Positions 48,305-62,006 of a stretch of DNA of 64,000 bases are shown in pieces. Within the stretch, counting starts at the first letter, position 1; each line of letters opens with the position of its first letter. The notes under the pieces were generated by a model, which ran no database searches, was not told where the DNA came from, and was given only the letters and a program-made list of their open reading frames with translations. This stretch comes from Chiloscyllium plagiosum (Eukaryota), in NCBI RefSeq assembly GCF_004010195.1, contig NC_057718.1, positions 75,089,859 through 75,153,858 of the forward strand, in the 5' to 3' direction. A program made the translations under genes and the position numbers.

Positions 48305-49050
48305 TGGAATGAGGGCACCACTGACTGGCCAGCATTTTTGCACATCCCTAATTGTCCTTGAAAAGGTATTAGTGAGCTGCCTTCTTGAACCACTGCAGTC
48401 CATGTGCTGTGGGTTCATCCATAGTGCAATTAGGGAGGGTTTTTCAGCATTTTGACCCAGGAACAGTGATATATTTCCAAGTCAGCATGATGTGTGGCTT
48501 GGAGAGGAACTTGCAGGTGGTGGTATTCCCATGTATCTGCTGTCTTTGTCCTTCTAAAAAAGTGATTATGGGTTTGGATGTGATACAATGAAGCAACTGA
48601 AGATGGTTGGGTCCAGGATATTACCCTGATGAACTCCCGCATAGATATCCTAGGGCTAAGATGACTGACCTCCAACAACCACAACTATCTTCTTATATGC
48701 CAGGAATATCTCCTAATTTGCATTGATTCCAGTTTTGTTAGGGCTCCTTGATGCCACACTTGGATTGAATGTCACCTTGATCTCAAAGGCTCTTATTCTT
48801 GCCTATGTCTGAAATTCAGCTATTTTGTCCATATTTGAACCAATACTGTAATGAGGTCATGACTTTGTGGCCCTGGCAGAACATTAGGAGTCACTGAGCA
48901 GGTTATTGCTGAGCAGATGTTGCTTGATAGTACCATTAATGACATCTTCCATCACTTTACTCAAGATTGAGAGTAGACTGATGGGTCAGCAATTGACCGG
49001 GTTGGATTTGTCCTGCTGTTTGTGTAAAGAACCATGCCCAGGCAATTTTA
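48305..49050 (-). mobile_element. Old CR1-type LINE 3' end (aagaaggcagctcac tail family)
   Basis: Reverse of the tail at 27505-27618; PQGSILGP-like motif at ~48610-48640. Confidence 0.7.
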
Positions 49051-49819
49051 TTTCCTTTAAATAGCTGTTTTAATAAGGAGTTGAAATTTAGTTTACAGAC
49101 AAACTGGTCCATAGGGGTTCTGTATCCATATAGAGCTTTGGGTTGCAACAAGAATTTGATTGGGCTGTGACCTAGTGACCAGTTATCAATGACAAAGGCC
49201 CTCTCTGCCTTCCTACAACCATGTGTTTGGTTGCCAGTTAAGTAAACAGCTTAAGGCTGGGAACAGGATACAGAGTAGCCAACTCTCCACCAGTTCAGGA
49301 GTGAAAATCCTTTTACCTGCTGCCAAAATCCACTTTAAATTTCAGCAGTTTCTGTAAGCTGTGGTTTTTAATTAATAAGTCAGGCATCTTTTATGAGTGA
49401 ACTTTTATAAGTGCCTCTTATAAACACATGGAAACATTTGGATAAGGAAGGCAGAGAAGAAATCTTCCGCTCAGCAAAAACCAACTCTCCCGATCTTATG
49501 AACAACGATGAGTGAACTGCTTTCCCAGTTCTCCCTCAATCTATCCTTTTCCTCCCCTGTTTGCATCTAAATGTGCACATGTGTATGTGTAAGGGGGAGT
49601 TAATAAGGGGATATCAGTTTTAATTTGTCATGTTAAATGGCGATGGTTTATCATTTTAGTTGTTGTCAAAGTCTTGTAATAAACTTGAAATAAACAGTGA
49701 TTGCTGTTGAGTAAAGAAACTTGGTCTGTGCTTTCTAGACACCCAGATCTGAAAGTGCAGTAAATTGGGGAATCTTTGTTTCATTTTTAAAAATCTTTAA
49801 CTTTTATGATGAATCCGGG

Positions 49820-50110
49820 AATAGAATCATGGAATCCCTACAGCGTGAAAACAGGTCATTCAGCCCATCAAGTCTGACCCTCCAAAGAACATCCCACCCA
49901 GAACCAGACCCATGAGCCGTGCATTCCCCACGGTCAATCCACTTCACCTTCACATCTTTGAACTGTGGGAGGAAACCGGAGTACTTGGAGGAAATCCACA
50001 CAGACACAGGGAGAATGTGTAAACTCCACACAGTCACCTGACAGCATATTGAAACCGGATCCCTGGCATTGTGAGACAGCAGTGCTAACCACTGAAGCAT
50101 CATGCTGTCC
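49820..50110 (-). mobile_element. HE1-like SINE
   Basis: Reverse head, body and tail. Confidence 0.85.
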
Positions 50111-50189
50111 CAATGGAAGCTTGATTTCCAGTCTTCTACCCTAGTGGGTTGTAACTTGTATGTCATAGAATAAAAGAGACAGTCACAAA

Positions 50190-50630
50190 ATGGATACAAA
50201 ATTGTCTGAGTATTAGGAAACAGAATTATGGTTACTGAATATTTTCAGGCCGGAGAAAGATTTTTAGTGGCGATCCCCAGGGATTGGCATTGGGAACCTT
50301 CCTTTACCTGATTTATGTTGATAATCTAGATCTTAGTATGCAGAGCACAATTTCAAAATTTGCAGAGGAAATGTATCTTAGAAGCATTATAAATTATGAG
50401 GAAGACAGTATAGAATTGACAATTGGTGCTGTGGGTGGATAGCTGGCAGATGAATTTGAATGCAGAGAAATGTGAGGTACAAAGAACATTGAGAGAAAGC
50501 ATAAATTGAAGGAAGTTATTCTGAAGAACCCAGAGGGATCTGGATCTGTATGTGCATAAGTCATTAGAGGTCAGGTGCAGAGCATGGATAATAAGATAAT
50601 AACAATATTCTAGACTTTATTGATAATTTT
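50190..50630 (+). mobile_element. Old CR1 RT fragment
   Basis: SGDPQGLALG, ISKFAEE, WQMNLNAEKCEV. Confidence 0.7.
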
Positions 50631-50639
50631 TAAAACTTA

Positions 50640-53600
50640 AATTAATTTCTTTCAGTTTCTCATTCTCACTAGTGCCTTTATTTCTCTATTATTTCTGTAG
50701 ATTTCTTGTCCCTTCCTTCATAAAGACAGACACAAAGTAATTATTTTGTTTTTCTACCACCTAATATTCTCTACTAATTTCCATTTTTATCATTACAAAT
50801 TCTCCTGTCTCTGCCTCTGCCTCTGCCAAAGATTGACCCACATTTACCTTTGATAATATTTTCCCTTTTTAATTCTTATAGATGCTTTTATAACCCACCA
50901 TCACATTTCTTGTCAGATTATGCAGATTCATGCTCTATTCTCCCTTTCTTTATTAATTGCTAGTTCCTACTTTGCTGAATTCTAATATTTCCAATCCTCA
51001 AGCTTATTATTTTTGGCAACTTTATGAATCTCCTCCTTTTGATATATATATATGTTCTTTAAATTACTTTGTTAGCTGTAGTTGACTCACTTTTCTTGTT
51101 GAGTTTTTGTGCCTTAAGGGAATGAATGTTTGCTGTAATCCACATAATAATTATTTAAATATTAGCTATTACCCATCCATAATTGTAAATGTTACTGTAT
51201 TTTCCATATCCACTACAGCCAACTTGTCTTTTATACCTTCAGATTTTCCTTTGCTTAGATTGAAGACCACAGTTTTTGATTGATCTATATCATTTTCAAG
51301 CTTAATGGAAACTCATATCACATTATGATAATCTTCTCTAAATGTTCTTTTACAACAAACTTACTAATTGGCGATTGTTATTACACGATGATAGGATCTA
51401 AAACAGCCTGTTCAGTTGATGCATCTGCAATACAACAGCTCTGAAAAACAATCCTGCATTTTCCAAAAATTCATCCTCCATAGAATTGGTGTTTATTGGA
51501 TTTCCCATTTAATGTGCAGATTAAATGTATAGATTGAAGTTACCCATTATTGCAACATTACCATTAATACACGTATCTCTGATTTCCTGACTTACTCTGA
51601 GCTTTGTGCTACCTTCTGTTTGGTGCTTATAAACAATTCTTGCTGCTTTTTGCTGTTTCTTAGTTACATTCAAACAGATTCCTCATCTTCGTCTTCCAAA
51701 CTAACTTCCTTTCGCACGAATGTGCTGATCTCATCTCTTATTAACAGAACTACCTTACTTTCTTTTCCTTTTGGTTTGATCTTCCAAATATTGAATATCT
51801 TTGAATATCCAGATCCCAGACACTTTTTCAACCATGCCTCTACTTTGGCAACTAGTTCATATGTATACTTTTTGTTGTGTCACCAATTCATCTGCCCCAT
51901 AGCAAATGCTACATGCATTCTTTCATTTCTACCTTTTTGACATCATTCTGTTAATGAACTTATTTAATGGTAGGATTTGTTTCTGCTGCATCCTACTGTC
52001 CTTGATTGCTCTTCTTCTTTCCATTATCAGCTTTGCTTTTCTGTTCCTTTTTAAATTCTTTTTCTGCTTCCTATCTCTTGAGAAGCTCAATTTAACACTT
52101 CTAAAAACACCAGCAAATCTCCCTGGAAAGACAGCAGTCTAGATGCTGCTGAGGTATAACCTGCCCTCCCTTGTACAGGTCCTCCATCTCCAGATTCCTG
52201 TCTCAATGCCCCAGAAATCTACAGCCTTCTTTCTGATACTATTTTCCCAGCTATCCATTAATATTATTTATATACTTGCTAGCACATAGAATAAAACATA
52301 GAACATAGAACAATACAGCACAGAACAGGCCCTTCAGCCCACGATGTTGTGCCGAACATTTGTCCGAGCTTAAGCACCTATCCATGTACCTATCCAATTG
52401 CCGCTTAAAGGTTGCCAATGATTCTGACTCTGCCACTCCCACAGGCAGATCATTCCAGGCCTCCACTACTCTCTGGGTAAAGAACCTACCCCTGACATCC
52501 CCACTATACCTTCCACCCTTCACCTTAAATTTATGTCCCGTTGTAACACTCTGTTGTACCCGGAAAAAAGTTTCTGACTGTCTACTCTATCTATTCCTCT
52601 GATCATCTTATAAACCTCTATCAAGTCACCCCTCATCCTTCGCCATTCCAGTGAGAAAAGGCCTAGCACTCTCAACCTATCCTCGTACGACCTATTCTCC
52701 ATTCCAGGCAACATCCTGGTAAATCTTCTCTGCACCCTCTCCAAAGCTTCCACATCTTTCCTAAATAAGTCCCTCTGCAGCCGACAACAGCCCTCCTCAC
52801 TGTCCACAACTCCACTTATCTTCGTATCATCTGCAAATTTACTGACCCACCCTTCGGCTCCCTCATCCAAGTCATTAATAAAAATTACGAACAGCAGAGG
52901 ACCCAGAACTGATCCCTGCGGAACTCGACTTGTAACTGGGCTCCAGGCTGAATATTTACCATCTACCACCACTCTCTGCCTTCGACCGGTTAGCCAGTTT
53001 TCTATCCAATTGGCCAAATTTCCCTCTATCCCATGCCTCCTGACTTTCTGCATAAGCCTACCATGGGGAACCTTACCAAATGCCTTACTAGAATCCATGT
53101 ACACTACATCCACTGCTCTTCCCTCATCCACATGCTTGGTCACCTCCTCGGAGGATTCAGTAAGACTTGTAAGGCAAGACCTACCCCTCACAAATCCGTG
53201 CTGGCTGTCCCTAAGCAAGCAGTGTCTTTCCAGATACTCATAAATCATATCCCTCAGTACCCTTTCTATTACTTTGCCTACCACCAAAGTACGACTAACT
53301 GGCCTGTAATTCCCAGGGTTATCCCTATTCCCTTTTTTGAACAGGGGCACAACAATCGCCACTCTCCAGTCCTCTGGTACCACCCCCGTTGACAGTGAAG
53401 ACGAAAAGATCATTGCCAACGGTTCTGCAATTTCCTCTCTTGCTTCCCACATAATCCTAGGATATATCCCGTCAGGCCTGGGGGACTTGTCTATCCTCAA
53501 GTTGTTCAAAATGTCCAACACATCTTCCTTCCTAACAAGTATCTCTTCTAGCTTACCAGTCCATTTCACATATGGAGGTTATCCTGAGATTACTGTTTTA

Positions 53601-53820
53601 GAGGTTCTGCTTTTCAATGTCTTTTGCACTTCCTGAAACTCTGTTTCCAGGATATCATCCCTCATTCCACCTGGTTATTTATAACAAGATGTACCATGAC
53701 CTACGGATTTCCACCCCCCCCCCCCCCCTCTTAAGTATGTCATGTAGAAACTACTCAGTCACATCCATGGCATCAGGGTACCATCATACCACCCTGGAGT
53801 CGTTTTTAAGGCCACTGTGA
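50640..53820 (-). mobile_element. Old CR1 5' half (ORF1 esterase and APE), interrupted by a younger CR1
   Basis: Degenerate esterase at 53580-53810; degenerate APE and linker at 50700-51900. Confidence 0.6.
52289..53567 (-). mobile_element. Younger CR1, 5'-truncated with internal deletion
   Basis: 349-aa open RT frame 52520-53569; (catagaa)n reverse tail; cacata at both flanks. Confidence 0.92.
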
Positions 53821-54517
53821 GATTGACTCAGGAGACTCTTGCACTACCGATGTAGTCCAACTGGCAACTGCCTTTTCCCTTTTGCTTGCATGCTCCTAAT
53901 ACTTTAATGAATATTCCATATAGCTCTCAGCTTTACTATAGTCACACCAGTGGTTGTAGGGTCTAAACTCCAGCACTCTAAATTTCCAAATGGTGATATT
54001 TGCTCCACCTGTTTGTTTGGGCCAAGAGAAGTGTTGATATCTCCTCAGATGTCACAAGATGGACATTTCACAGGATGGGCTGAGCTGCACTGAGTTGACA
54101 TGTGAACTATTCACTATGAAGGAGACGAGAAAGTAGGATTACTCACTAAATGTCTTCTCTTGTGCCTATAAAGATAGGTATTTAAGGATTGTGTGAAACA
54201 CTGATTTGTTTTCTGCAATCCACGTATTTACTTATTGATGTTTAAAGTAAAGAATTATCTATCTCTTCGTACACATATTCGTACAGTGCATACTGACCAA
54301 CCAATCAACTTACACCTTTGCTATGTTATCACTTGTTTGTTTTTCAATCTTATTTCCTAATTATTAATAAATTACAGGCATGAAGCAAGCAAAATACTCA
54401 TTGACAAATCACTTATCCATTTTCCTGTGATCCCATACTTCTTTCAAATGGTGAATCAGGCAGAAAAGTGGATAGCTTTCTTTCCTCTCTTGCTTGAGGA
54501 TACCTCTGAATATCCAT

Positions 54518-54752
54518 GGCATGGCAGTTTAGTGGTTAGCATGGCTGTCTCACAGCAGCAGGGACCTCGGTTTGATTCCAGCCTTGGGTGGCTGTTTGTG
54601 GAGTTTGCACATTCTCCATGTCTGTGCGGGTTTCCTCCCACAGTTCAAAGATGTGCAGGTTAGATGGGCAATGCTAAATTGTTCATAGTGTCTTGGGATG
54701 TGCAGGTTAGGTGGGTTAGCCATGGGAAATGCAGGGTTACAGGGATAGGCTA
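54518..54752 (+). mobile_element. Older HE1-like SINE variant
   Basis: ggcatggcagtttagtggttagc..gtggagtttgcacattctcc. Confidence 0.8.
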
Positions 54753-55579
54753 GAGAAACATTTGAACTAGTTACTTAATAAACTTACTGTCAAGTAGGGT
54801 ACCTGATTGTTTGGAGAACTGAGAAAACGAAATTTTAAAACAGTAAAAAACTAAATTTTTAAAAACTAAATTTTAAAACAGTAAATTGTAGTTAAATGAG
54901 AACCAGACTAACTGTTGGAAATTGGAATCCCTTAAAAACGATTTTTCCTTGTATTTATTGTTTAGCATGAGATTTCATTGAACAGTTATCTCAGCAGTGA
55001 TAAACGTTCCAAGTTGCTAGCATTGGAAAACAAAAGGGAAAAGTTACAAGAAACACTGAAATCATGAACTTGTGTCAACTTATTACCTGGTGCCAAATGT
55101 GTTGTTTCAGAAAATAATAACTAATCTGTAAATACAGGTGGAGAGAGGGCAAAATTCATTGGAATTTTATTAACCAAAAATGTTCAGACATAAGCTACCT
55201 GACCCAAGAAATATGATAAAACAAGAGCAGATGGGGATGTTCTCAACAGAAAGTTCTTAGGGAGCTGTCTTCTCCATATGGAAGACCAGAAGAAGAAGAG
55301 GAAAAACCTAAGGAAGATTTGCCTGATACTCCAGCTGGAGAAGATGATATTGCCTTCACAACTTCCACAAGACCAACACTCTCCACACCAATAGCCTGTT
55401 TGCCCTCTGGTACAATGAGGGTCCCAAATTGTCACAGTTGTATACATTCTTTATCCAATTAACTAATCTAAAATACACTTGTTAAAAAGCAGAGGTTGAT
55501 TGCCCTCTGAGAAATATAACTGAAACACCCAAAGAGGACCACCTCAACCTACAATCTGTAAAAGGAGTGTGAAAGATGT

Positions 55580-57450
55580 TGTAACCTGCTTTTTCACACC
55601 TTGTAGTGGTTAGATAAAATAAATTCCAAACACTCACTTTAAAATCAACAAATAACAATTTATTTATCTAACTCTAACAGTGAATAAATTAACTAAACTA
55701 CTAACAAACTGAATAAAGCAAGAATCTAATGGTATGCTGTTCCGATAAACACATGTCCCGCCCATTTAAAAAAAGAATTTCTCTCTCAAAATTACAGCCA
55801 TTCTTCTGGAATGTTCTGTACCATCTCCATCAATTCTTCTGTCAGGAATGCCTTTTCTATCATTTGTACCATAGATTATATATGGTGCTTTCTCTAATAC
55901 ATAGATGAGGCTGTGAGAGCTAGAGATTCTCGAGAGAGAGAGCTGAGGGCCAATAGCTCTGCTGGATGGTAGTTTGCTCTGTGGTCTTTGCCCAACTGTC
56001 CCCTTCTTTTTTACCTTTGATGATATATCAATATGCTTTAAAATAGGATTCATCCTATGTTGTTAAAACCATCAGATTTAAATCTAATACGTTTTTGGTA
56101 TTTAAGTACCTGCTTCAAATTAATTGGCTAAATACAAAAGCCTGCTGTCTTTGTAAAAATTGCAGCTTAGCCTGCCAACTGTATGGCCTATCAATACAAA
56201 TGTTTCAATTCCAGTGTTGTCTGTGTACTTGCAAACTTTCAAGCTGCAGTACATAGACATCCATTTTAAACCTGTGAGAAACAAAAGCTCACTCACTTTA
56301 ATAATTTCAGTCCGAGACAAATATCTGAATCCGCCATTTATTTATACACCTATAGGTGGGTGCCCTGTCTCATTACCAGGTAAGGTAATGACAAAATGCA
56401 CACCAAATCCAACAAACTCTCGAAATTTATACAGTTTGAATCCCCATATTTTTCCTTATTCCATTGTTTGTTCCCTGCTTCGCTTACGTCACTCATTTCC
56501 TTAAGACTGATCCCACAACTTCTGTTTATCCTGTTTTGTCCGTGACAAACTCTTATCTCTGACTCCCATAAGGGTGTTTGACGTCAGTCTATTATAGATT
56601 ATTGATTAGGCATATCTTTTCTTCTATCAGCATCTATTTCCATCCAGAGGCCACTTTGACCTCTTTGATTAGGGTTAGTTCCTGTGTCTTCAGGAAGGGA
56701 AACAGATGCTTTCCTGTTTGCCCATATATCCACCATTGTTCTGTATTCACGTCTCATGCTTTCTTTTTGCTGAATATGTATTTTCTCATTCCCATTCTGT
56801 ATCAGAATTTATACTTGCAGAAATAACATTAATTCATTTATATCCCACAAACCTCTAAGCACAGAAAAACACCACCTTTTAAAAGGGGCCACACATTCTA
56901 TTCTGCATTTTACAATTTTACAAAGAAATTATAACTTCCTGCCTCCCAGTCTACAGTTACTCTACCCAACTTTGCAACACACTGCTGCTTCTGAACAAAA
57001 CAGAAATTGTCAGGAGTCGGACCTTCAGTATCCACACTCTTTATTACATGGCCATGGCCGTGCTTCACAGAGAGAGGCAAGCGTAGTCCAAAGCAATACA
57101 AAATGTTCCAGGTTATATAGCATTATAGGCAGGGGCTGATCATTAGTCACGGAAGTCATGGGGTCAGGTAAAGTCAACGGTCAATCCCCGTTATTGCCAC
57201 AGATGTTACCCAATGTTAGCACGTACAGGTTGTTTACACAAGGTTTTGCAGGCATCAGAACAGATAAGGCGACACAATGAGCCATAGATCATTATGAATG
57301 CAGAACTAGTCTAGGGTCTGGGTGGGGGGCTGTGCAGGGGACTGAGAATTCTCAGGCAACTGCAAGGTTATTTTAGCAAAACAGATAGAGCAGCAATTCT
57401 CCAAAATGACATGTCAGCAATCTTTGCTTTAACTTGAGAGCCCAGTTTTG
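55580..57450 (-). mobile_element. Possible LTR (~55580-56318) with adjacent internal remnant
   Basis: tg..ca-type ends, purine-rich stretch next to 56320 on the minus strand, LTR-like composition; no diagnostic protein domain. Confidence 0.3.
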
Positions 57451-58554
57451 TGACAAAGTGGCTGCCAGACAAAATGTGTCAAATTTTACTTCCGCAGAAA
57501 TTTGCTACAAATCGTTTACAGTCTATGTTAGGAAACTGTGATTGCATACTCCTTAAAGTCAATATAGGTTTTATGAAAAAGATTAATATTTAACATACAC
57601 TTGGTCACCAAAGTCGCAGGCTTGTATTTTGTAACGACTTGCACTCAAACTGCTGTTGTACTGTTGATGAAGAAGAACACTTTTCTACTTAAACTTCTTG
57701 TAATAGATTAGTCTGAATAAGCCACCTCTTCCTCATCCCACAAATCCCTTTCCAGTAAAATATTTAATTACCACATGAACCCAATAGCCTCTTCTGGCAA
57801 ATTGTCCCTCAATTCTATTATCTGTTGTGTGATAAAATGTGTGTTAGTTCAAATTCTGCAGCTTTTATGCTTTTGCTAGTGAGACACTTTGATTTTTCTA
57901 CAAATCCACTAGCTATTTTTAACACTTCAAATATGCCTTCAAGTTTAGTTTCAAAACAAAGCTAACGGACTTCATTTGTTTCTTCAAACATTTTAAAATG
58001 CTTAAATCCAGAATTATCTTTGCATGTTGTGAATCCTCTCAAGAGCAAAAACTTTTAATGAGTCTTGCAGGATGTTTAGACAGTGTTGTATATCAAGTAT
58101 TTCCTACATTGCAATATTGATTACAGCTCAAAAGTACTTCACTGGCTATAAAATACTGTTGGATGTCCTGCGATCATTAAAGGTGTGATATAACTGCAGA
58201 TCTTTCTTTCAGTTGATTAGGATATAGAGAATTGAGAGCTTGTGGCTGTGATTTTTCTATTGGTATTTTGGAAAGGATGAGCCCATAGTACAGCACTAAA
58301 TTTTTTCTTTTGCAAGTCAAATGCTACTTTAAACATCAATTGTATGTGTGCAACTTTCTTTACTCATAATGTAGTTAAGGCAAGTTACATAGATGCGTTT
58401 AAGAGGGATTCTAGGTAAGTGCATGAAAAGGGAATAAAAGACAAACTTACATTCAAGTAACATTTTCAATGATTACCAGACCTCACTAACCACTTTAAAG
58501 ATAGCCTAGTACTTTTAAAATGTAGTCTCGCTTTTATTGCTGAGGTACAGAATT

Positions 58555-59660
58555 TAAGGGAGGATTGCTCGGAATCCAGGGAGTGCTGGCAAATTGGATA
58601 CACAATTGGCTTGATGGTAGAAAGCAGAGGGTAATAGTGGGAGGGTGCTTGTTGGACTGGAGGCCTGTGACTAGTGATGTGCATCAGAGATCAGTATTTG
58701 GCCCATTGCTGTTTGTTATTTGTATCAAAGATTTGGGTGAGAATGTACAAGGCACGATTAGTAAGTTTGCAGATGACACTAAAATAGGTGGTATCACCGA
58801 TGGGGAGGAAAGTTATCAGAAATTGCAGCAGGTCCTTGATCAGTTGGGGAAGTGGACCAAGAAATGGCAAATGGAGTTTAATAAAAATAAGTGTGAGGTT
58901 TTGCATTTTGGAAAATCAAATCAAGATAGCAGCCTCATGGTGAATGGTAGAGCCTTAAAGAGTGTAGTAAACAGAGGGACCTTGGAGTTCAGGTGCACAG
59001 TTCTCTGGAAATGGAGTTACAGGTAGACATGGCAGTGAAGAAGGTTTTTGGCACACTGGCCTGCATCAGTCGGGGCACTGAGTATAGAAATTGAGAAGTT
59101 ATGATGCAGTTGTACAGGACATTGGTGAGGCCAGACTTGGAGTATTGTGTTCAGTTTTGGTCACCTTGCTTTGGGAAGGATGCTATTAAACTGGAAAGAG
59201 CGCAGAAGAAATTTACAAGGATGTTGTCAGGACTTAAGGGAGAGGTTAGACAAGCTAGGACATTTTTCTTTCAACCGTAGGAGACTGAGGGGGGTATCTT
59301 ATAGAAGTGTATAAGATCATGAGAGGCATGAATAGAGTGAATACACTCAGTCTTTTTCTCAGGGTTGTAGAGTGAATACACTCAGTCTTTTTCTCAGGGT
59401 TGGGGAATTGAGGTTTAGAGGGCATCAGTTTAAGGTTAGAGGGGAAAGAATAAAAGGGAACCTGAGGGGCAATGTTTTTTTACACAGAGGGTGGTATGCA
59501 TATGGAATGAACCTACCAGAAGTGGTTGAGGCAGGTACATTAACAACATTTAAAAGACATTTGGACAAATACATGAATAGGAAACATTTAGAAGAATATG
59601 GGTCAAGTGCAGGGAAGTGGGGTTAGTGTGGATGGACATTTTGGTCAGCATGGACCAAAA
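58555..59660 (+). mobile_element. CR1 LINE 3' part, followed by a SINE 3' fragment (59665-59785)
   Basis: ORFs 58565-59026 (FADDTK) and 59372-59626. Confidence 0.9.
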
Positions 59661-60435
59661 GCGATGGGTAGGCCATGGTAATTGGGTGGTGATGGGGATA
59701 GGATAGTGGCTGGGTCTGGGTAGGATGCTTTTTAAGAGGGTTGATGCAGAATGGCCTCTTTCCACATTGTAGGGATTCAATGATAAATTGGCAAAAGGCA
59801 AGATTTCTGTCACCATTTGGGGAAAGTTAAAAATCACATAACAGGCTATAGTCCAACAGCTTTATTTGAAAGTACAAGCTTTTGGAGCGCTGTTCCTTTG
59901 TCAGGGAGCTAGTGGGGCAGGATACGTAGGACACAGAACTTATAAATAAAATATCAAAGCGTCATACAATTGATGCAATGTATTAGACAAACCTAGATGG
60001 CTGTTAAGTCCTGAATCAGTTAGAATGGAGATGCAGGTTTCGAGTGATTGACACGTAAATTTCAGAATTTCCTTTAAGTCACTGCCCACGATAACTTAAG
60101 GTTTTATCAATATATAAAAAAAATCTCAGTTCAGACAAAGCATTAAAAGTGAAAGGTTAGAGTCTGTCTGTATCCCGATCTGGTTACAGACTGGTTTTAT
60201 TTCCAAGGTTGGAATTTATAAAATGTCACATTAACTGATTACCGATAGATTATGTTTTTTTTGAACCACAATGTATCTGCAAATACAAATTCACCCCATA
60301 GATGTGTGTGTGTGTGTGAGAGAAGGATGGAGAGCGAATGTATGTGTATGCGTGTGTGTGAGACAGAAAGAGGATCAAGAGAGGGAGTAAGTGTGAGAGT
60401 GTGTATGCATGCTTGAGTGTGTGCACATGTGCACA

Positions 60436-60620
60436 GAACCTCTAGTTCTGGACTCCCCCACCCTAGGGAAAAGATTTTGCCTAGTTACCTTATCCATGCC
60501 CGTCATAATTTTGTAAACCTCTACAAGGTCACCCCTCAGCCTCCGACGCTCCAGGGAAAACAGCCCCAGCCTGTTCAGCCTCGCCCTATAGCTCAAATCT
60601 CCAACTCTGACAAAATCCTT
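60436..60620 (-). mobile_element. CR1 fragment at the PLE inversion junction
   Basis: LSYRARLNRLGLFSLERRRLRGDLVEVYKIM. Confidence 0.88.
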
Positions 60621-61546
60621 GTTCTTTAGAATCAATCTCATTCTTGGACACCTCGGTATCTCACTCTACTGCAAGCCCATGGATAAACTCATGATGCTGC
60701 ACTTTGCTATCTTCCACCCTAGGAGAAAGTGAGGACTGCAGATGCTGGAGATCAGAGCTGAAAATGTGTTGCTGGAAAAGCGCAGCAGGTCAGGCAGCAT
60801 CCAAGGAGCAGGAGAATCGATGTTTCGGACATGAGGCCCTCTTCAGGAATGAGGAGAGTGTGCCAAGCAGGCTAAGATAAAAGGTAGGGAGGAGGGACTT
60901 GAAATGCGATAGGTGGAAGGAGGTTAAAGGTGAGGGTGATAGGCCGGAGTGGGGATGGGGCGCAGAGGTCAGGAAGAAGATTGCAGGTTAGGAAGGTGGT
61001 GCTGAGTTCGAGGGTTGGGATTGAGACAAGGTGGGGGGAGGGGAAATGAGGAAACTGGAGAAAGACAAGGTGGGGGGAGGGGAAATGACTTCAAATTTAC
61101 CTGGACCGTCTCAGACTCCTCCCTCCCCTTCCAAGACCTCTCCATTTCTATCTCGGGCGACCAAATCAACACTGACATTTACTGTAAACTGACCGACTCC
61201 CACAGCTACCTAGACTACACCTCCTCCCACCCTGCCCCCTGTAAAAACGCCATACCATATTCCCAATTCCTTTGTCTCCGCTGCATCTGCTCCCAGGATG
61301 ACCAGTTCCAATACTGAACAACCCAGATGGCCTCCTTCTTCAAAGACTGCAATTTCCCCCCAGATGTGATCGACGATGCTCTCCACCGCATCTCCTCCAC
61401 TTCCCGCTCCTCCGCCCTTGAGCCCCGTCCCTCCAATCCCCACCAGGAGAGAACCCCACTGGTCCTCACCTACCACCCCACCAACCTCCATGTACAACGT
61501 ATCATCCGCCGTCATTTCCGCCACCTCCAAACGGACCCCACCACCA

Positions 61547-61630
61547 NNNNNNNNNNNNNNNNNNNNNNNNNNNNNNNNNNNNNNNNNNNNNNNNNNNNNN
61601 NNNNNNNNNNNNNNNNNNNNNNNNNNNNNN
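61547..61630. other. Assembly gap (N run)
   Basis: 84 consecutive n. Confidence 1.
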
Positions 61631-61972
61631 GACATGCAGGTCCTTGGACTCCTCCATCACCAGACCATAGCAACACAACGGCTGGAGGGAGAGCGCCTCA
61701 TCTTCCGCCTAGGAACCCTCCAACCACAAGGGATGAACTCAGACTTCTCCAGTTTCCTCATTTCCCCTCTCCCCACCTTGTCTCAGTCCCAACCCCCGAA
61801 CTCAGCTCCACCTTCCTAACCTGCAATCTTCTTCCTGACCTCTCCGTCCCCACCCCCACTCCAGCCTATCACGCTCACCTTAACCTCCTTCCACCTATCG
61901 CATTTCCAAAGCCCCTCCCACAAGTCTCTCCTCCCTACCTTTTGTCTTAGCCTGCTGGGCACACTCTCCTCA

Positions 61973-62006
61973 TTCCTGAAGAGGGGCTCATGTCCGAAAC
62001 GTTGAT
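61973..62006 (+). ncRNA. Minimal hammerhead ribozyme motif (PLE family B); mirror copy at ~60817-60850 on the minus strand
   Basis: CTGAAGA-g-GGGC-tcat-GTCC-GAAACGTT-ga. Confidence 0.65.

Noticed and set aside
51620..52142. Hydrophobic ORFs resembling membrane proteins (also 29220-29615, 41041-41373 and 21028-21267)
   Set aside because: T-rich antisense strand of decayed A-rich retroelements
53713..53728. Poly-C run (and poly-G run at 7177-7187)
   Set aside because: Simple homopolymer expansions; the poly-C lies at the KGEGE codons of a CR1 ORF1
60300..60435. (GT)n/(CA)n-rich tracts (also 62515-62660)
   Set aside because: Internal low-complexity part of the family C PLE arms, not an independent feature
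61210..61950. ORFs of 141-207 aa spanning 61547-61630
   Set aside because: They cross the N gap; the real content is a PLE ORF remnant
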